Below are positions 10,338-24,572 of a stretch of DNA of 64,000 nucleotides, in pieces. The translations under genes and the position numbers were made by a program. The notes below the pieces were generated by a model. That model did no database searches and was not told the origin of the DNA. It was given only the letters and a program-made list of their open reading frames with translations. This DNA is from Mobula hypostoma. Lineage: Eukaryota. The stretch covers positions 195,054,001 to 195,118,000 of the forward strand of contig NC_086097.1 of assembly GCF_963921235.1 (NCBI RefSeq), given 5' to 3'. The stretch's first letter is position 1, and each line of letters starts with the position of its first letter.

Positions 10338-13300
10338 ACGATCGTGGCTTGAAGATCCACCAAGCAAGGATGAAGTGTTTGGCGGGAGCAGGAGCAGCAC
10401 AACGCGCAGGTGTCCAACCTGGTGAGACGAAGGAGGGGCCAGGCCCGGAGTCACCCCATAGTGCCCAGAACCTCCAAATGTTGCAAACTAATCCCTCTAA
10501 CATGAAGTCTAACAGGAGGCGGATCAAATGGCCTGCAGCTAACATGACTTCACTGTGGAAGCAGTTTGATGAAGATGTTAACCAAATTCTGGAGGCAACA
10601 GCGAAGGGAGGGGTAGATAGGAAGCTGCAAGCCATGACAACAATTATTGTTAGTATCGCAGCTGAACGGTTCAGAGAAGAGGAGAAGGAAGGCTCCAATG
10701 CATTTTACTCGAAGAACCAAAGAACATTGAGGATCCACAACATCAGGCAGGAGATGAAAGCGCTGAAGTCCCAATACAAGGAGGCAGGAGAAGAGGAGTG
10801 CATTGGCTTGGCCCAGCTGATGTGCATACTACGAAAGAAGATCAGGGTCCTCTGCCGGGCAGAGTGGCATCAGAGGCGGTGTTGTGAAAGGGCCCGAAAG
10901 CGTGCTGCCTTTATTGCCAACCCCTTCAAGTTCACCAAGGAGTTGCTGGGGGAGAAGCACAGTGGGAAACTGGCCTGTTCGCAGGAAGGCATAGACCAAC
11001 ATCTGAAGAAGATAGATAATGATCCTGAAAGAGAGCAGGAGTTGGGAGAGTGCGGCATCCTAATAGACCCACCTGAACCGGATGTGCAGTTCGACATGTC
11101 AGAGCTGCAACTAAAGGAAGTCAAAGAGGCCGTCCGCAAAGCAAGGGCAAGCTCGACTCCAGGACCAAGCAACAGCTCGTACAAAGTGTACAAGAATTGC
11201 CCCAAACTCCTGCTGCGTCTGTGGAAGATCCTGAGAATCTTCTGGAGAAGGGGGAAAATCCCAGAACAGTGGAGAGTGGCTGAAGGGGTGTGGATCCCGA
11301 CGGAGGAAAATGCCACCCAGATAGATCAGTTTTGCGTCATCTCCCTGCTGTGTGTCGAGGCGAAGATCTTCTTCAGTGCAGTTTCTAACCTGCTGTGCAC
11401 CTACCTAGCGAAGAACACCTATATTGATACATCAGTCCAGAAGGGTGGCATTTCAGGGATGCCGGGCTGTCTGGAGCACATCGGTGTGGTAACACAGCTC
11501 ATCAGGGAGGCCAGAGAGAACAAGGGCAACCTGTCAGTGTTGTGGCTTGACCTGGCAAATACATATGGTTCCATTCCACACAAGCCCCCAGCAGAATCAG
11601 AGACCTTATCGCAGATTATTACAGCAATTCAGGATGACGGTCTCTTCAGGAGCAATTACATCAACCCGGCACAAGGTGAAGATCAGCATCATCACAGGGT
11701 GCACTATCTCAGTGACACTGTTCTCCCTGATATGCTCACTAAGTCTGCTGAACCAGAGCACAGAGGGCCCAGAATGAATTCCGCTCAACGGCAACCACCT
11801 GTCAGGGCATTCATGGATTACCTCACAGTCACCACAGAATCAGTCCCAGGCTGCCGGAGGATTCTGCAAGGGCTCGAAAAGCTGGTGGAGTGGGCCCGGA
11901 TGCGTTTCAAACCTGCCAAATCAAGATCGATGGTGCTGAGGAAAGGGAAGGTGGAGAACAAGTTCCGGTTCAGCATCGCAGGCACAGCCATCCCAACCAT
12001 CACAGAAAAGCCAGTCAAGAGCTTAGGCAAAGTTTTTGACAGCTCTTTAAGGGACACAACATCCATTCAGACAACCTGCACCGAGTTGGAGGGCTGGCTG
12101 AAATCTGTGGACAAGTCTGGCCTACCTGGGAAGTTTAAAGCCTGGGTGTATCAGCATGGCATTCTTCCCAGAATCCTGTGGCCCCTCCTTGTCTATGCAG
12201 TTCCGATCTCGACAATCGAAACCTTAGAGGGGAGGGTTAGCAACCACCTCAGGAGATGGCTGGGGCTGCCAAAGAGCCTGAGCAGCATCGCACTCTATGG
12301 ACACCACAACAAACTGCAACTGCTGTTCAAATCCTTGGAGGAAGAATTCAAGGTAACAAGAGCCAGAGAAGTGCTACAGTATAGGGACTCAAGTGACCCG
12401 ATGGTGGCTAGAGCAGGGATCCAAGTAAGTACTGGCAGGAAGTGGAGGGCAGAGGCGAGGCTGCGTCACAGGAGGCTGGTGGGAGTGGTCACATGAGGCC
12501 AAGCTGGGCTAGGATCCTTTCCAACTCCCCAAATGGACACCAGAGGGAAGGAAAGGCGTTGTCTAGTTCAGGAGGAGGTGAGAGCAGTAATGGAGGAGAT
12601 AAGAGCCTGCAAGGTGGTGGGAATGAACCAACAGGGAGCTTGGACAAGATGGGAGAATACGGTTGAGAGGAAAGTGACGTGGGCTGATCTTTGGAAAGCC
12701 GAACCATACCGCATCCAATTTCTCATACAGGCAGTGTACGATGTGCTTCCAAGCCCATCAAACCGGCACACATGGGGCAAGGCAGTGTCATCTGTGTGCC
12801 CACTGTGCTCCAAGCGAGGAACCCTGGAGCACATCCTCAGTGGCTGTGCAAGGGCACTTGGTGAGGGACGGTACAGGTGGAGGCATGATCATTTCCTGAA
12901 GACCATCGCTGAAGCCGTCAGCGCAGAAGTTGAGTGGGCGAAGCGGTCCCGACCCTCCAAGCAGACCATTGTCTTTGTCAGAGCTGGGGAGCAGCCAATA
13001 CCTGCCAAAAGAACATCTGCAGGCATTCTGACCTCTGCAAGGGACGGGCAGGGGTTGATGGACCTCGAAGGGCAGCTGAAGTTCCCCAACCATATCGCAG
13101 CCACCACCCTGCAGCCAGACATTGTCCTAGTGTCTGAGTCGACTAAGCAAGTGGTGCTGCTGGATCTGACAGTCCAATGGGAAGATAGCTTGGAAGAGGC
13201 CTTTGAAAGGAAGCTCTCCAAGTACGCAGGACTGGTCAGCAACTGTCAGCAGGTTGGATGGAGAGCGAGGTGTCTCCCAGTGGAGGTTGGTTGTAGGGGA

Positions 13301-13599
13301 TTCGTAGCCCATTCTTTAGTTAGAGCCTTCAGCATTTTGGGCATCGAGGGAGAGAGGAGGAGGAGAACCATCCACAGTACAACCGATGCTGCAGAGAGGG
13401 CCTCAAGATGGTTGAGGCTCAAAAGAGGGGAGCCATGGAGTCATAAGTAGTTAGCCATCTGGACACAAGCTGGGGTCTGATCAGCCCCGGCTGGGTCACC
13501 TGGAGGAGGTTGTATGATGTTGAAAGACCAAAACACCCGATGATTCCAGGAACATCACTGAAGATGTGTCCAGAAGCATCAATAGATGTATGTACACAG
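10338..13599 (+). mobile_element. Hero/NeSL-type (R2 superfamily) non-LTR retrotransposon, 5'-truncated, RT + CCHC + restriction-like endonuclease
   Basis: ORFs 10349-12496 and 12533-13450 are in one frame split by TGA. RT motifs QKGGISGMPGCLEH, WLDLANTYGSIPH, RAFMDYLT; CPLCSKRGTLEHILSGC; PDIVLVS...LDLTVQWE endonuclease. 3'UTR shared with the copy at 54560-56089. RT has deletions. Confidence 0.9.
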
Positions 13600-13933
13600 C
13601 TATCAATCCAAATTACAATCCAGATTATGACCATGTGATCTAATCTTTGATATATATCCTCCTTACTCAATCTGGTCATGTCTTTAGCACTGCACATCTT
13701 AAGTCAGGCACTAAACTTCCTATGTTTATATACGTTTTTTGCCAAGTTCTTTTTGAAAATTCCAATACATCAAATTTAGTGCATTTACTTTGTCAGTAAA
13801 TTGCCACAGAATTGATTGAATTTTATCAAGCACTGTCTGCCCTTTATAATTCTAGATTTGTTTTAGCTCAATTTTTCCATGTATTTTTGTTAGCTTGTAT
13901 TGTATTCCTAATTATTATATCTACCTATGACAC

Positions 13934-16900
13934 TGTAATGTATTGTGTGAGTATTCGTAGCGTCAGAGTGCGTATGACGTCAGGACGTAAAGAAGTAAAA
14001 AATGGAAGCCTAGTGAATAAACATGGTTGTTCAATCTACAGCAGTGTCCGAGTCACATCAATATTACATGGTGTCAGAAGAAATCGCGAAAAACAGGGAG
14101 AGAAGACACGTAAAAGATGTCACAGTTACAGCCACCGTCAAGTTTAAGCCTACAAGGTAATCTTGCTGAGAACTGGAAAATATGGATCCAGAAGTTTGAG
14201 CTGTTTTGCACCGCTAACGGTGTAGCTGAACAGATGGAGAAAGTGCAATGTGCTATGTTTCTGCACGTGGCAGGAGAAGACGCAGTAAAGGTTTGCAACA
14301 CGATTGTCTTCCAAGATGATGAGCAAGATAAAATTGAAGTGTTGAAGAAAAAGTTTCAAGGGGTTACTGCGAACCAAGAAAAAACCTACTGTACATCTGA
14401 CATATGTTTTTCACGAGGGCTCAAGGACCAATAGAGACCATAGATGCCTATGTAACAGATTTGAAGAGCAAGGCAAAAAACAATGAGTTCAGACAACTGT
14501 ATGACTTTAATACGTGACAGGATTGTATGCGGCATATGGGATGATCAAGTGAGAGGCAGGCTATTGAGAGAGGCGGATCTTACATTAGAAAAGGCGATTG
14601 AGTTTGCCGTGCCAGCGAGATCACGTCAAGTCAGATTAAAGTGCTCAATGAAGAGATTGAAGTGCACAAAATAACAACTGTGAAAACTGACAAGAGTAGG
14701 ACAAAGTCAGCTCCACAGGAAGTTCAAAAGGAAGTTAAATGCAACAGATGTGGTTATAAACATGGATACAGAAAATGTCCAGCCTTTGGTCAGACATGCA
14801 AGTTATGCCAGAAAAGAAATCACTTTGCAAAGATGTGCAAATTGAAGGAGCACGCAAGGAAAATGCATGCTGTGGAACAGAGTGAGGGCAACAGTGACAT
14901 GTTCCTTGGCACAGTTGAAGTGGAACAGGAGGTATGCATCAAGAATATTGACAATGCAGAGATGGCGGATGAAGATGATTGGACTCAAGATCTGATAATA
15001 AACAGGAGGAATGTGACATTTAAGCTTGACACTGGGGCAAAGTGCAATGTAACGTCAGCAGAAACATTCAACTCACTGGACATCAGAGGAAGACTGAGAA
15101 AATCCACCTGCAAGCTTGTTGCATATTTCGGCCACAGGACGGCGCCACTGGGCAAAAAAGCACTCACCTTTGTGTATAAAGGTCAACAATATAAGATCGA
15201 GGTTGAAATAGTACAGCAACACGTTCCAGCAATACTGGACAAAGCAACATGCACAAAGCTAGGCCTGGTGAAGCGAATCTATGGTGTTGAAAAAGCAAAT
15301 GACATTCTCAAAGACTTTGATATCTTGTTTTCTGGATTCGGATGTTTACCAGGGAAACACCATATCCAGATTGATCCAACTATTGCACCAGTCGTGCATG
15401 CCCCGAGAAAGATTCTAGTAGCTCTCAGGGATCAAGTAGTGGAGGAGCTATGCAGAATGGAACAGGTGGGAGTCATAACAAGACAAATAGAACTGACCGA
15501 CTGGATGAGTAGTATGGTGACAGTGGTCACAGAAAAAAAGACGAGGATTTGCATGGATCCACAAGATCTCAATCAAGCCATCAAAAGAGAGCACTATCCG
15601 CTGCTCATGGTTGAAGAGGTTGTCTCCCTCATGCCTAATATGAAATATTTTTCAGTATTAGATGCAAATCAAGGTTTCTGGCAGATCAAGCTGGATGAAG
15701 AAAGTTCCAAATTATGTACTTTCAACACGCCCATGGGGAGATATCATTTCCTGCATCTACCCTTTGGAATTTCTTCTGCATCAGAGGTATTCCAGAGATC
15801 CGTGGCACAAATGATTGAAGACCTGGACGGGATGGTCAACATCATTGATGATTTGCTGATATGGGGTGAAACAATTGAGGAACATGATCAGAGACTGAGG
15901 AAGTTCCTGGAGAGAGCACGTGAGTACAACCTAAAACTGAACAAAAGTAAATGTGAGATCAGAACTACAGAGATCAAATACATAGGTCATGTACTCAGTG
16001 CTGATGGGCTAAAACCAGATGATGAAAAGGTCAGAGCTGTGGTACAGCTACCACCACTCGAAGACAAGCAAGAACTATTGAGGTTCATGGGCATGATACA
16101 GTATCTTGCCAAATTAATTCCCAACTTATCAGAGGTCAGCGCTCCACTCCGAAAGCTACTAGAGAGCAGCACTGAATGGTATTGGGAAGACGAACAAAAG
16201 AAAAGTTGTGACACATTGAAGCAGTTGGTTACCAATGCACCAGCACTCAAGTTTTATGATGTCAATAAATCGGTGATGATGTCTGTGGATGCCAGTTCAG
16301 AGGGAATAGGAGCTGTTATACTGCAGGATGAGAGGCCTGTGGCATATGGATCATGAGCACTTACAGACTGTCAACGCCGATATGCTCAAATCAAGAAGGA
16401 ATTACTCGCCATAGTTTATGAGTGTGAGAAGTTCCACCAATATGTATATGGCAAAGAAATCCAGGTTGAGAGTAGTCACAAACCCCTTGAGAGCATCTTC
16501 AAAAAGCCACTCTACCAAGCTCCTATGATGCTGCATAGGATGCTTCTCAGGATACAGAGGTACACTCTCACAGTCACCTATAAGCCAAGAAAAGAACTGT
16601 ACATCGCTGATGCTTTGAGCCGTGCTTACCTCAAAGAGCAAAAGGAAGAGTTGCTAGGAAGAGAGCTGGAGGTCAACTGGGTTACACCTCAGCTACCCAT
16701 CTCTGAGGAGAAGTTGAACATGTTCAGGAAAGCGACTGCAGATGATCCTGAAATGCAAATGCTAAGAGAAATTACAATGAATGGATGGCCAACAGAAAGA
16801 AAAGATGTTGCAAAGGAAATGCAGAAGTACTGGACATTTAAAGAGGAACTCAGCTATGCATCAGGACTAATGTTCAAAACAGCAAAATTCATTGTACCAA

Positions 16901-18411
16901 AGCAAATGAGACAAGAAATTCTCAACAGAATTCATGAGTCACACCTGGGGATAGTGAAATGTAAGAAAGAGCAAGGGACATTCTCTATTGGCCAGTCATG
17001 TCAACTCAGATAGAGGACATTGTGTCTCAGTGTGCTGTCTGTAATGAAAACAAAAACAGCAATCCAAGAGAGCCTCTGCTTCCCCACCCACTACCAGGAA
17101 GACCATTGGAGAAGATTGGCACAGATCTCTTTCACTATGATGGTGCAGAATATCTGTTTTGATTGGACTACTATTCAAAATATCCGGAGATCACCAAGTT
17201 AAGTGACACATCCAGTCGAGGTGTCATTACCACAATGAAGTCGACATTTGCAAGACATGTTATTCCAGATATTGTTGTTAGTGACAATAGTCCACAATAT
17301 GCCAGTGGTGAGTTCAGAGGGTTCTCAGAAAACTAGGAATTTCAACATGTTACTTCCAGTCTAGGGCACGCTCAGTCTAATGGACAAGCAGAGAGAACTG
17401 TACAAACTGTCAAGAACATGCTCAAGAAGGCACAAAGCAGCAACAGTGACCCTTACATTGCTCTTTTTGAATACCGCAACACACCGACTGAGGGAGTGGG
17501 GTTCTCTCCTGCGCAGCTGTTGATGGGACGTCGTCTGAAGTCCAAACTGCCAACGTACACAACTCTACTGACTCCTGAAGGTAATGCTCAAGTACATGAC
17601 AAGCAAAAGTACGAGCAAATAAAGCAAAAGAGCTACTATGACAGACATACAAGACAGTTGCCAGATCTGCATACAGGTGAAAATGTCAGAATACAGAGAG
17701 GAGACACTTGGCAACCAGCTGTGGTTGTGAACAGACATCAGGAACCAAGATCCTTCATAGTTCGCACGCCGGATGGAAGAGTCTATAGGAGGAACAGGAA
17801 GCATCTGCTGAAAACAGGCGAGAGTGAGTTTCCATGTACAGATGCACAGGACATTTCCACAGATACAGACATGGAAACAAACGACCAAGAGTGATGCAGA
17901 CTGCAAAGACACAGAGGTCACTGGAGAGACTGACACGGATGAAGGACAAGCACAGTCACAGTTGTATCACACGCGGTCTGGGAGACAAGTCAAACTTCCA
18001 GCTAGATACAGAGACTAGACATACTTACAGTCTCACACAGTTTGAGGCAAAGTCACACACATGTTATAAGTTCCAAGGTGTGAAATAAAAGGTTTATTAG
18101 TCTATGTTAGTAAAAGAAAATACACTGCTGTTAGTATTGTCAGATACAATGCAGAATACAGTACAAGAAGGTAAGATTTTTTTTAGTTTATGTCATGGTT
18201 GTTGCACTGTAAGAAGGGCATACCTAGAGGCATTGTTTTGGTAATTCACAGTCTTGTGAAAAAAAATCTTGAGAAGGGGGATGTAATGCATTGTGTATTC
18301 ATAGCATCAGAGTGCGTATGATGACAGGACGTAAGGAAGTAAAAATGGAAGCCTGGTAAATAAACGTGGTTGTTCAATCTACAGTGGTGTCCGAGTCACA
18401 TCAATATTACA
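13934..18411 (+). mobile_element. Full-length but inactivated Gypsy (K02A2.6/Mag-like) LTR retrotransposon
   Basis: LTRs 13934-14068 and 18282-18411 (TG...CA), 5-bp TSD GACAC (13929-13933 / 18412-18416), PBS TGGTGTCAGAAG (tRNA-Leu type) at 14069, PPT GAGAAGGGGGA at 18271-18281. Confidence 0.95.
14117..18018 (+). pseudogene. gag-pol of Gypsy element (Zn knuckles, protease, RT, RNase H, integrase) with frameshifts and stops
   Basis: MSQLQPP..NLAENWKIW gag start; CNRCGYKH..C and CKLCQKRNHFAKMC; FKLDTGA; LDANQGFWQI; NIIDDLLIWG; VDASSEGIGAV; IHESHLG; SPAQLLMGRRL. Split over several ORFs. Confidence 0.92.
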
Positions 18412-18434
18412 GACACCTTGCAGACTGCAGTTAT

Positions 18435-18770
18435 GAGCAGCATGGTGCTTCAGCGGCGAGAACTACTACCTCACTGCTCCTTACACTGGTTCATTCCCAA
18501 ACTCTTGTGTTGTCTCTGCAGGGTTTTCATTATCTCAATACCACACGGGAGCTTCCCTTTGCAACCCAAGGATGTGCTGGTTGGTGAATTAAGTTGCTAC
18601 TGAAGTTTCCACTAAGGTGGTGGGTGGAGTGTCCAGCAAAAATTGATGGACATGTGAGAGAGAGCAGAATAATGAAAAAGAATGGGGCAATGGGGCTGAT
18701 GAGAATACTCCAAGAGTCAGCAATGGCAAGGTATGCTGAATGGCCTCCACTGTGCTGTGAGAAATGTATA
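18435..18770 (+). mobile_element. Diverged tRNA-derived V-SINE (HE1-like)
   Basis: Head GAGCAGCATGGTGCTTCAGCGG...CTACCTCAC...GGTTCATTCCC and central CCAAGGATGTGCTGGTTGGTG resemble the V-SINE consensus. Confidence 0.55.
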
Positions 18771-21700
18771 AATATGAGCCATGTTGGAGAAAGCCCAGCT
18801 TTGACAAGGCTGCCACAAAACAAACATTAGCTATTGTATTTGCACTTGCAATTGGTCTGAGGCAAGATCTCCTTTCACTGCCTTCAGAAATATGGCTTGA
18901 AATTTGCCTCCTCTATGAATATATACAGGTTTGGTCTGCTCTACCAATTGCTTAAGTCTTACTTTCTACTGAAAACAGATAGAATAATGACAATATCCTA
19001 GACAAGGCTCTGCAGCTTTGTCCAACTATATTGCACCCTCTCCACCACTACCCCCTGCCAAATGATTAAATTCAAATTCAAATTAGCATGAATCAGAGGA
19101 CAGCAAAGGCACTGCCTGTCTTAAAACCAGAACAACTTTCCTTTCCTTTCCATTGATGAGGGTTTATAATGGGAAGCTGAACTGCTGGCACCTATTTTTT
19201 GCTTCTGCTAAGACTGAATTTCATCTCCTGCTGCTTCTCACAGCAAATTAAGCCACCAATGAAGAAGCATGTGCATTAATCAATCACTGTTATTGTTAGA
19301 TTGCCGCACTGTTCTGTGTTGTTAAGCAAATCTTCTTCCCGGACTGCTGCAACAGTATTTTACAGAGTATTGAATCATCAAGGCAGATATACTGTATCTA
19401 GGAAATAAGCATGAGCCTGAGATTTCTATTTTGCATTAGCTTCAGTAAGGCAAGCTTTGAAACCTATTAATTATTTAATAGACAAGCAACAGAGTAAAAT
19501 TAAAGATGCAACAAAAGACAGATAAATGGATACTTTCCACAGGGAATCCTTTTAAGGCTTCGTAAAAATGAAAATAAAATCAATCTCTTCTGTTTGCGTA
19601 TTTCTTTGCAGTTATTGAAAGATAAATAGAATTAATGAATCAATGTTTCACATTGGAAGGACAAAACTTCACTTACTAATTATTTGTTTAATTTTCTAAA
19701 CGATGGAATGGCAGCAAGCAAATGCTTAAAATGTGTCTAAAATTTCCTTCATTTGCTAATTTAGTAAATGCATTACCCTTTTACACAATTTCAAAGAATT
19801 TAACTCAATAGTATAAATATCTTTACAGAGAATAAGTTCAGCACAATATTCATCTTTATGCCCTGTCTGCATGTAAATTCCAAATCAGCTAGTAGATAAA
19901 TCAAGACATCCTTGTGATAATATATTTGTCTTGGATGAGTCTTCTCCTATAAAGCAATGTAATTTGACTATTACAAAGAACATTACAAGACCTGAGACTT
20001 TATCTGAAGTTTTGTCCCAGATGAACAGAAAATGCACACATTTTTTGACAAGTTCAATCTTTGATCAACCCATATTCCTATATCTTCTCTATCCTGGTGA
20101 ACTAATTCCCTCGATTGTCATGAAAATCAGAGATTCAGGAGTTCTGCTTTCCAAATTCAATAATGCATCAGACTGAAAGTTCCATGCTGTCATTTGAATA
20201 TCACATCAACTAAAGATATCGAATAGTGTGATTTTTTATTTGAACATCATGGTGCCAAAATCATTTATATTTTATCACCAACGAATCTGAGGTTGTGACA
20301 GTGCTGCAGCGTACTGAACTTAAAAGCTATGTTTTCGCATTCAGTTAGGAGTTTTGCTTCTTTGTAGCAGAAATAATATTAACAGTGAAAATCCAAGGCT
20401 ATGGTCACCATTGGGGATGGTGCTTCAGGACTTTTTCACTCAATGGGTAACAACACATAGAACACTTGTTCTCATGATTATGTTGCCGTTCATACACTTT
20501 AGCTGTGGGTGTACATTAATGCCAATACTGAAGTCCTAGGTTTGAGAATCTACTGGAAAGTTGAAGATCCAATATCTTTGAGTTTGCAAGACCATTGGAG
20601 GACGGATGCACAAAGGTGGCCTATGGTGGGTTTGAAGGGCTGTGTGTGTGAGTGTGTGTGTGTGTAAGAAAGCCAGCTTGTTTTTCTGTTCTTCTTTTGT
20701 TGCCGTTGTTGCTTGAGATGTTCTGCAGACATGGTGGGCATACAATGATGGTGCTAGAATGTGTGTGGACGCTTGCAGGTTGCCCACAGCACTTCCTTAG
20801 GTTGTGTAGTTTTGCTAATGCTAACAACACATTTCACTATATGTTCTGATGTACATAAATAAGCCCAAATCTGAAACGGAAGCATATATATAATACCCAT
20901 CAACAAACTAAGCATTGAACATGAGAAATTCTCCATTGATGCTGCCTGACCTGCTGAGTTTTGTGCATGTTGCTCTAGATTTCTAGCATCTGCAGAATCT
21001 CTTGTATTTCTGATAAATATTTCTACTATTTGTTTAGCCAATAAGGTTAAGACCATAATTAAAGGAATGAGAGGAGTGATTTTTATACAGTTGGTTATTA
21101 AAATGTGGAACACCTTGGTAGGAAAAGTGGTGAAGCTGAATCGATGAAGGCTCTTTAAAGACAAGTGGATAACTATTTTGAAAGGAACATTTAAAGGTTA
21201 GAGGAAAGTGGCAGGTGAAAGATACTAAGTGTTCAGTATCTGTTAGGAGCAAAAACAAATGTAGTGGATAAGAGGCTTCCTTCTGTGAAACAAAAATCTA
21301 TAATTCTATCCAAGTCTACTTCCTTTTAAAGAAAAATTGATTTTATTTTAATGTTTTATTCCAATGGGAACAGAAGGAGGTGTCCTGATAGGAGTAAAAA
21401 CCCAAGATTTCCTGCAGTTCGATTGTCTATACCATTTTAATCCAGGTTTATAATATTGTTTCTGTGTTTCCATGACAATTAAGCTGAACAGAGGTACTTC
21501 TTGCACACGATCAGGCATTTTCAACCCAGCTGTTTAATAGGACATTGCAAGTATGCAGTAGATAATTTTGAATTTGGAATTATGACAACTAAAGTTTGAA
21601 ATGGAATGTAAAATAACAGGACAACTTTTATATTCAGTAGCTTCTTTCCCAATGTCCTGCTGATGAATGTGAGGACCTATAAACACCTTTGCATTGAAAT

Positions 21701-21954
21701 TCATTTGTCTAATTCAATTGCTTATGGCAGCATTATGCAATTGAAAATCTATTTTTTTTACCTGAAGTGAAATGCAGTAATAAACATTTTTGAGTCATTT
21801 TGATAAGCTACATCTTGTGATAAATCACCCATGTGACATACATTATTTCTACATCACAAAAGTTAGGTATAAATTCATTACTCATCTGAAACTTCCTACA
21901 AGAGGGAAGAGAAGGGAATTTGGTACATGTTATCCCAGGGAACGCTTGTCATCA

Positions 21955-22306
21955 CATAAGACCATAAGACCATAAGACAAAGGAGCAGAAGTCGGCCATT
22001 TGGCCCATCGAGCCTGCTCTGCCATTTTATCATGAGCTGATCCATTCTCCCATTTAGTCCCACTCCCCATAACCTGGCTACTCAGATACCTATCAATCTC
22101 TACCTTAAATACACCCAATGGCTTGGCCTCCACTGCCGCCCATAGCAACAAGTTCCACAGATTCATCACCCTCTGGCTAAAAAAATTTCTTCACATGTCT
22201 GTTCTGAATGGGTGCCCTTCAATCCCTAAGTCATGCCCTCTCGCACTAGACTCCCCCACCATGGGAAACAATTTTGCCACATCCACTCTGTCCATGCTTT
22301 TCAACA
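21955..22306 (-). mobile_element. CR1 LINE 3' end
   Basis: (CTTATGGT)n tail on the minus strand; highly similar to 26658-27030. Confidence 0.9.
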
Positions 22307-23559
22307 TACTCCCAGGAGAATAAGTCTCAAACAACGGTAATAAACAGAAAAGTCAACAAAGCTCCTTAAACTCAATCCCTAACAGTAAAGCTGCCTCACC
22401 CTTCAACAATGGTCAGAATCTGTGCCTTCCATGAACCATTCATTTTTGTTACTAGCCAGAAAACCTTCCAAAATCTGAAGCCACTCTTTCCTTCCCCCTA
22501 CCATTGTCCTACCTCAGTATTCATAAAAATTAATATCCCATGTTCCGACACATTCATCCCACAACATGTTCTGGGCCTCTAATCGAAATTTCTTTACCAT
22601 AATTATTTCCCTTCTCTTGATTCTCTTAAACCTTTAGCTCATTCACAAAAATCTTCCTGCCTCCAATAAACCAGTTCCCCGGACTCCAATCTGACTCTCT
22701 CTCATCACACTGATAATCTGATAATCTGTCTTTGCCGTACCTAATCCCAAACCTCCCCTATCGCTGGGCTCTTACAACTCCCTCATCACGCCAATTCCCC
22801 ATCAGGCCACTAGCCACATATACGTAATGTGGCTTTCCAGCTAACTTTGTAATTGACATCTGTTGAGAAAGAGGCCCTAGTGATTTCCCAATGCATAGAA
22901 TACAAGGGGATTTAGAGGCCATTGGCTGGTGTTAGAATTCTGTCTGATCCAGGCTCATTCTCCACAGCACTCAATCATGTTGACTTAAAGTCAATAATGA
23001 AAAATAACAATCATACACATGCTGGTAATGTTAAACTGTTGCTCTCTTACCTTGTCAGATTTAATCTCCTTCAGGACATTCACTCGTCACGTTGGGTGAG
23101 TGTCAAAGCACCAAACTGGGAGAGAAAATAAGACTGGGAAAGGCAAAAGGAACAGGGTGAACTAGGAATGTGTGTCTGTAGGTCCCTGAGGGTAACCTGT
23201 CAGGTAGATAAGGTGGTTAAAAGACCAAAGCATCAACTGTCCTTTTCCCTACATGAATGCTGCTGGACCAGTTAAGTTCCCTCAGCCCCTTGTTTGTTGC
23301 TTCAAATTCCAGCATCTGCAGTCTCTTTTGTCTCCACTAGTCCCCAGTGAGTGGGCTGTTCATTAAGTAGAAATGTATTGCTCTCAGGAGAGTGAGACTC
23401 TCCACCAGAGATACTAACATTAGCAACTTTTTGCTTCGTATCTTCTTTATTTGCGAAAAACCTTCTGTTCTCTAAATTTGTCTCCAATAGGTCCAGTCCT
23501 TGCTCCTATAAATACTTTTATATATTCCTTTACAAGAGGTATGACTGCAACATCTAGAG

Positions 23560-23637
23560 TAGCGGTTCCCAACCTGGGTCCACAGACTCCCCTGTTAATG
23601 GTAGATGTCCAGGGCATAAAAAATATCAGAAAACCTG
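23560..23637. mobile_element. Short hAT/Charlie-like MITE remnant
   Basis: Left end (C/T)AGCGGTTCCCAACCT, decayed right end AAACCTG, TCTAG-type target sequence on both sides. Confidence 0.4.
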
Positions 23638-24115
23638 CTCTAGTTATTTTCCTTCAATACCCATTGATTTTGGTTTTACCAATGTTCCTTGAAGGCATGC
23701 TCTTACAATTAGTGCCTTGAAGTCAAGGGCAGTTACTCTCACCTCTTGCCTGGAATTCACCTCTCACAGGAAGGAGGCTTCATAAGCATTCACATTCTTA
23801 ATAATGCAAGGTGTGATTTCCCAGCTGAGCTAAATTGAGGCAATACCTAAAAACACTCTTACTAACCAGAAAAAGCACACCCATTGACTAGTATCCTTTC
23901 AGCCATGCTGTATGTTCATTGTCTCCACCACTGGCACACTGCCACTATAATGTATATTACTGGGAAGCATCATAAAATGTTGCTAGCACATTTATAGTGG
24001 CATCATTCAGACTGCAGTTTTTACACCAAATTAAAGGTATTGCCACTTCCAAGTTTCTTTTCAAAACATATGCTATCCTGCCTGGAAGTATAACACTGAT
24101 GCTTTATTAGAACTA

Positions 24116-24572
24116 CATTCAGTGGTCACTTTATTAGGTACACCTGTACGCCTGCCAAATAATGCAAATTTCTAATCAGCCAATCAGCTGGCAGCAACTC
24201 AATGCTTGTAAGCATGCAGACGTGGTCTAGAGGTCCAGTTGTCCTTCAGACCAAACATCAGAGTGGGGAAGAAATGTGATCTAAGTGACTTTTACCTTAG
24301 AATGATTGTTGATGCCAGATGGGATTGTTGGAATATCTCGGAAACTGCCGATCTCCTGGGATTTTCATGCACAAGATTTTCATGTGGGACAATGGACAGA
24401 CTGGTTCAAGCTGAAAGGATGACAACAGTAACACACATAAACATGCATTACAACAGCGGTGTGCAGAAGAGCAGTTCTAAACACACAGCATATCAAGCCT
24501 TGAAGTGTATGAGCTACAGAAGCAGAAGGTCCACAAGGTCCAGGAGGTACCTAATAAAGTGGCAACTGAGTT
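24116..24572 (+). mobile_element. Non-autonomous Tc1/mariner element
   Basis: TIRs CA(C/T)TCAGTGGTCACTTTATTAGGTAC / GTACCTAATAAAGTGGCAACTGAGT, TA at the left, transposase N-terminal HTH remnant GKKCDLSDF..MIVDAR..ISETADLLGFS. Second copy at 51352-51868. Confidence 0.85.

Noticed and set aside
18950..20500. Repeat-poor AT-rich stretch as a conserved enhancer
   Set aside because: Cannot be supported without cross-species alignment.
23059..23095. 37-bp plus-strand micro-exon with good AG/GTGAGT signals
   Set aside because: No recognisable peptide or partner exons; such signals arise by chance in 64 kb.
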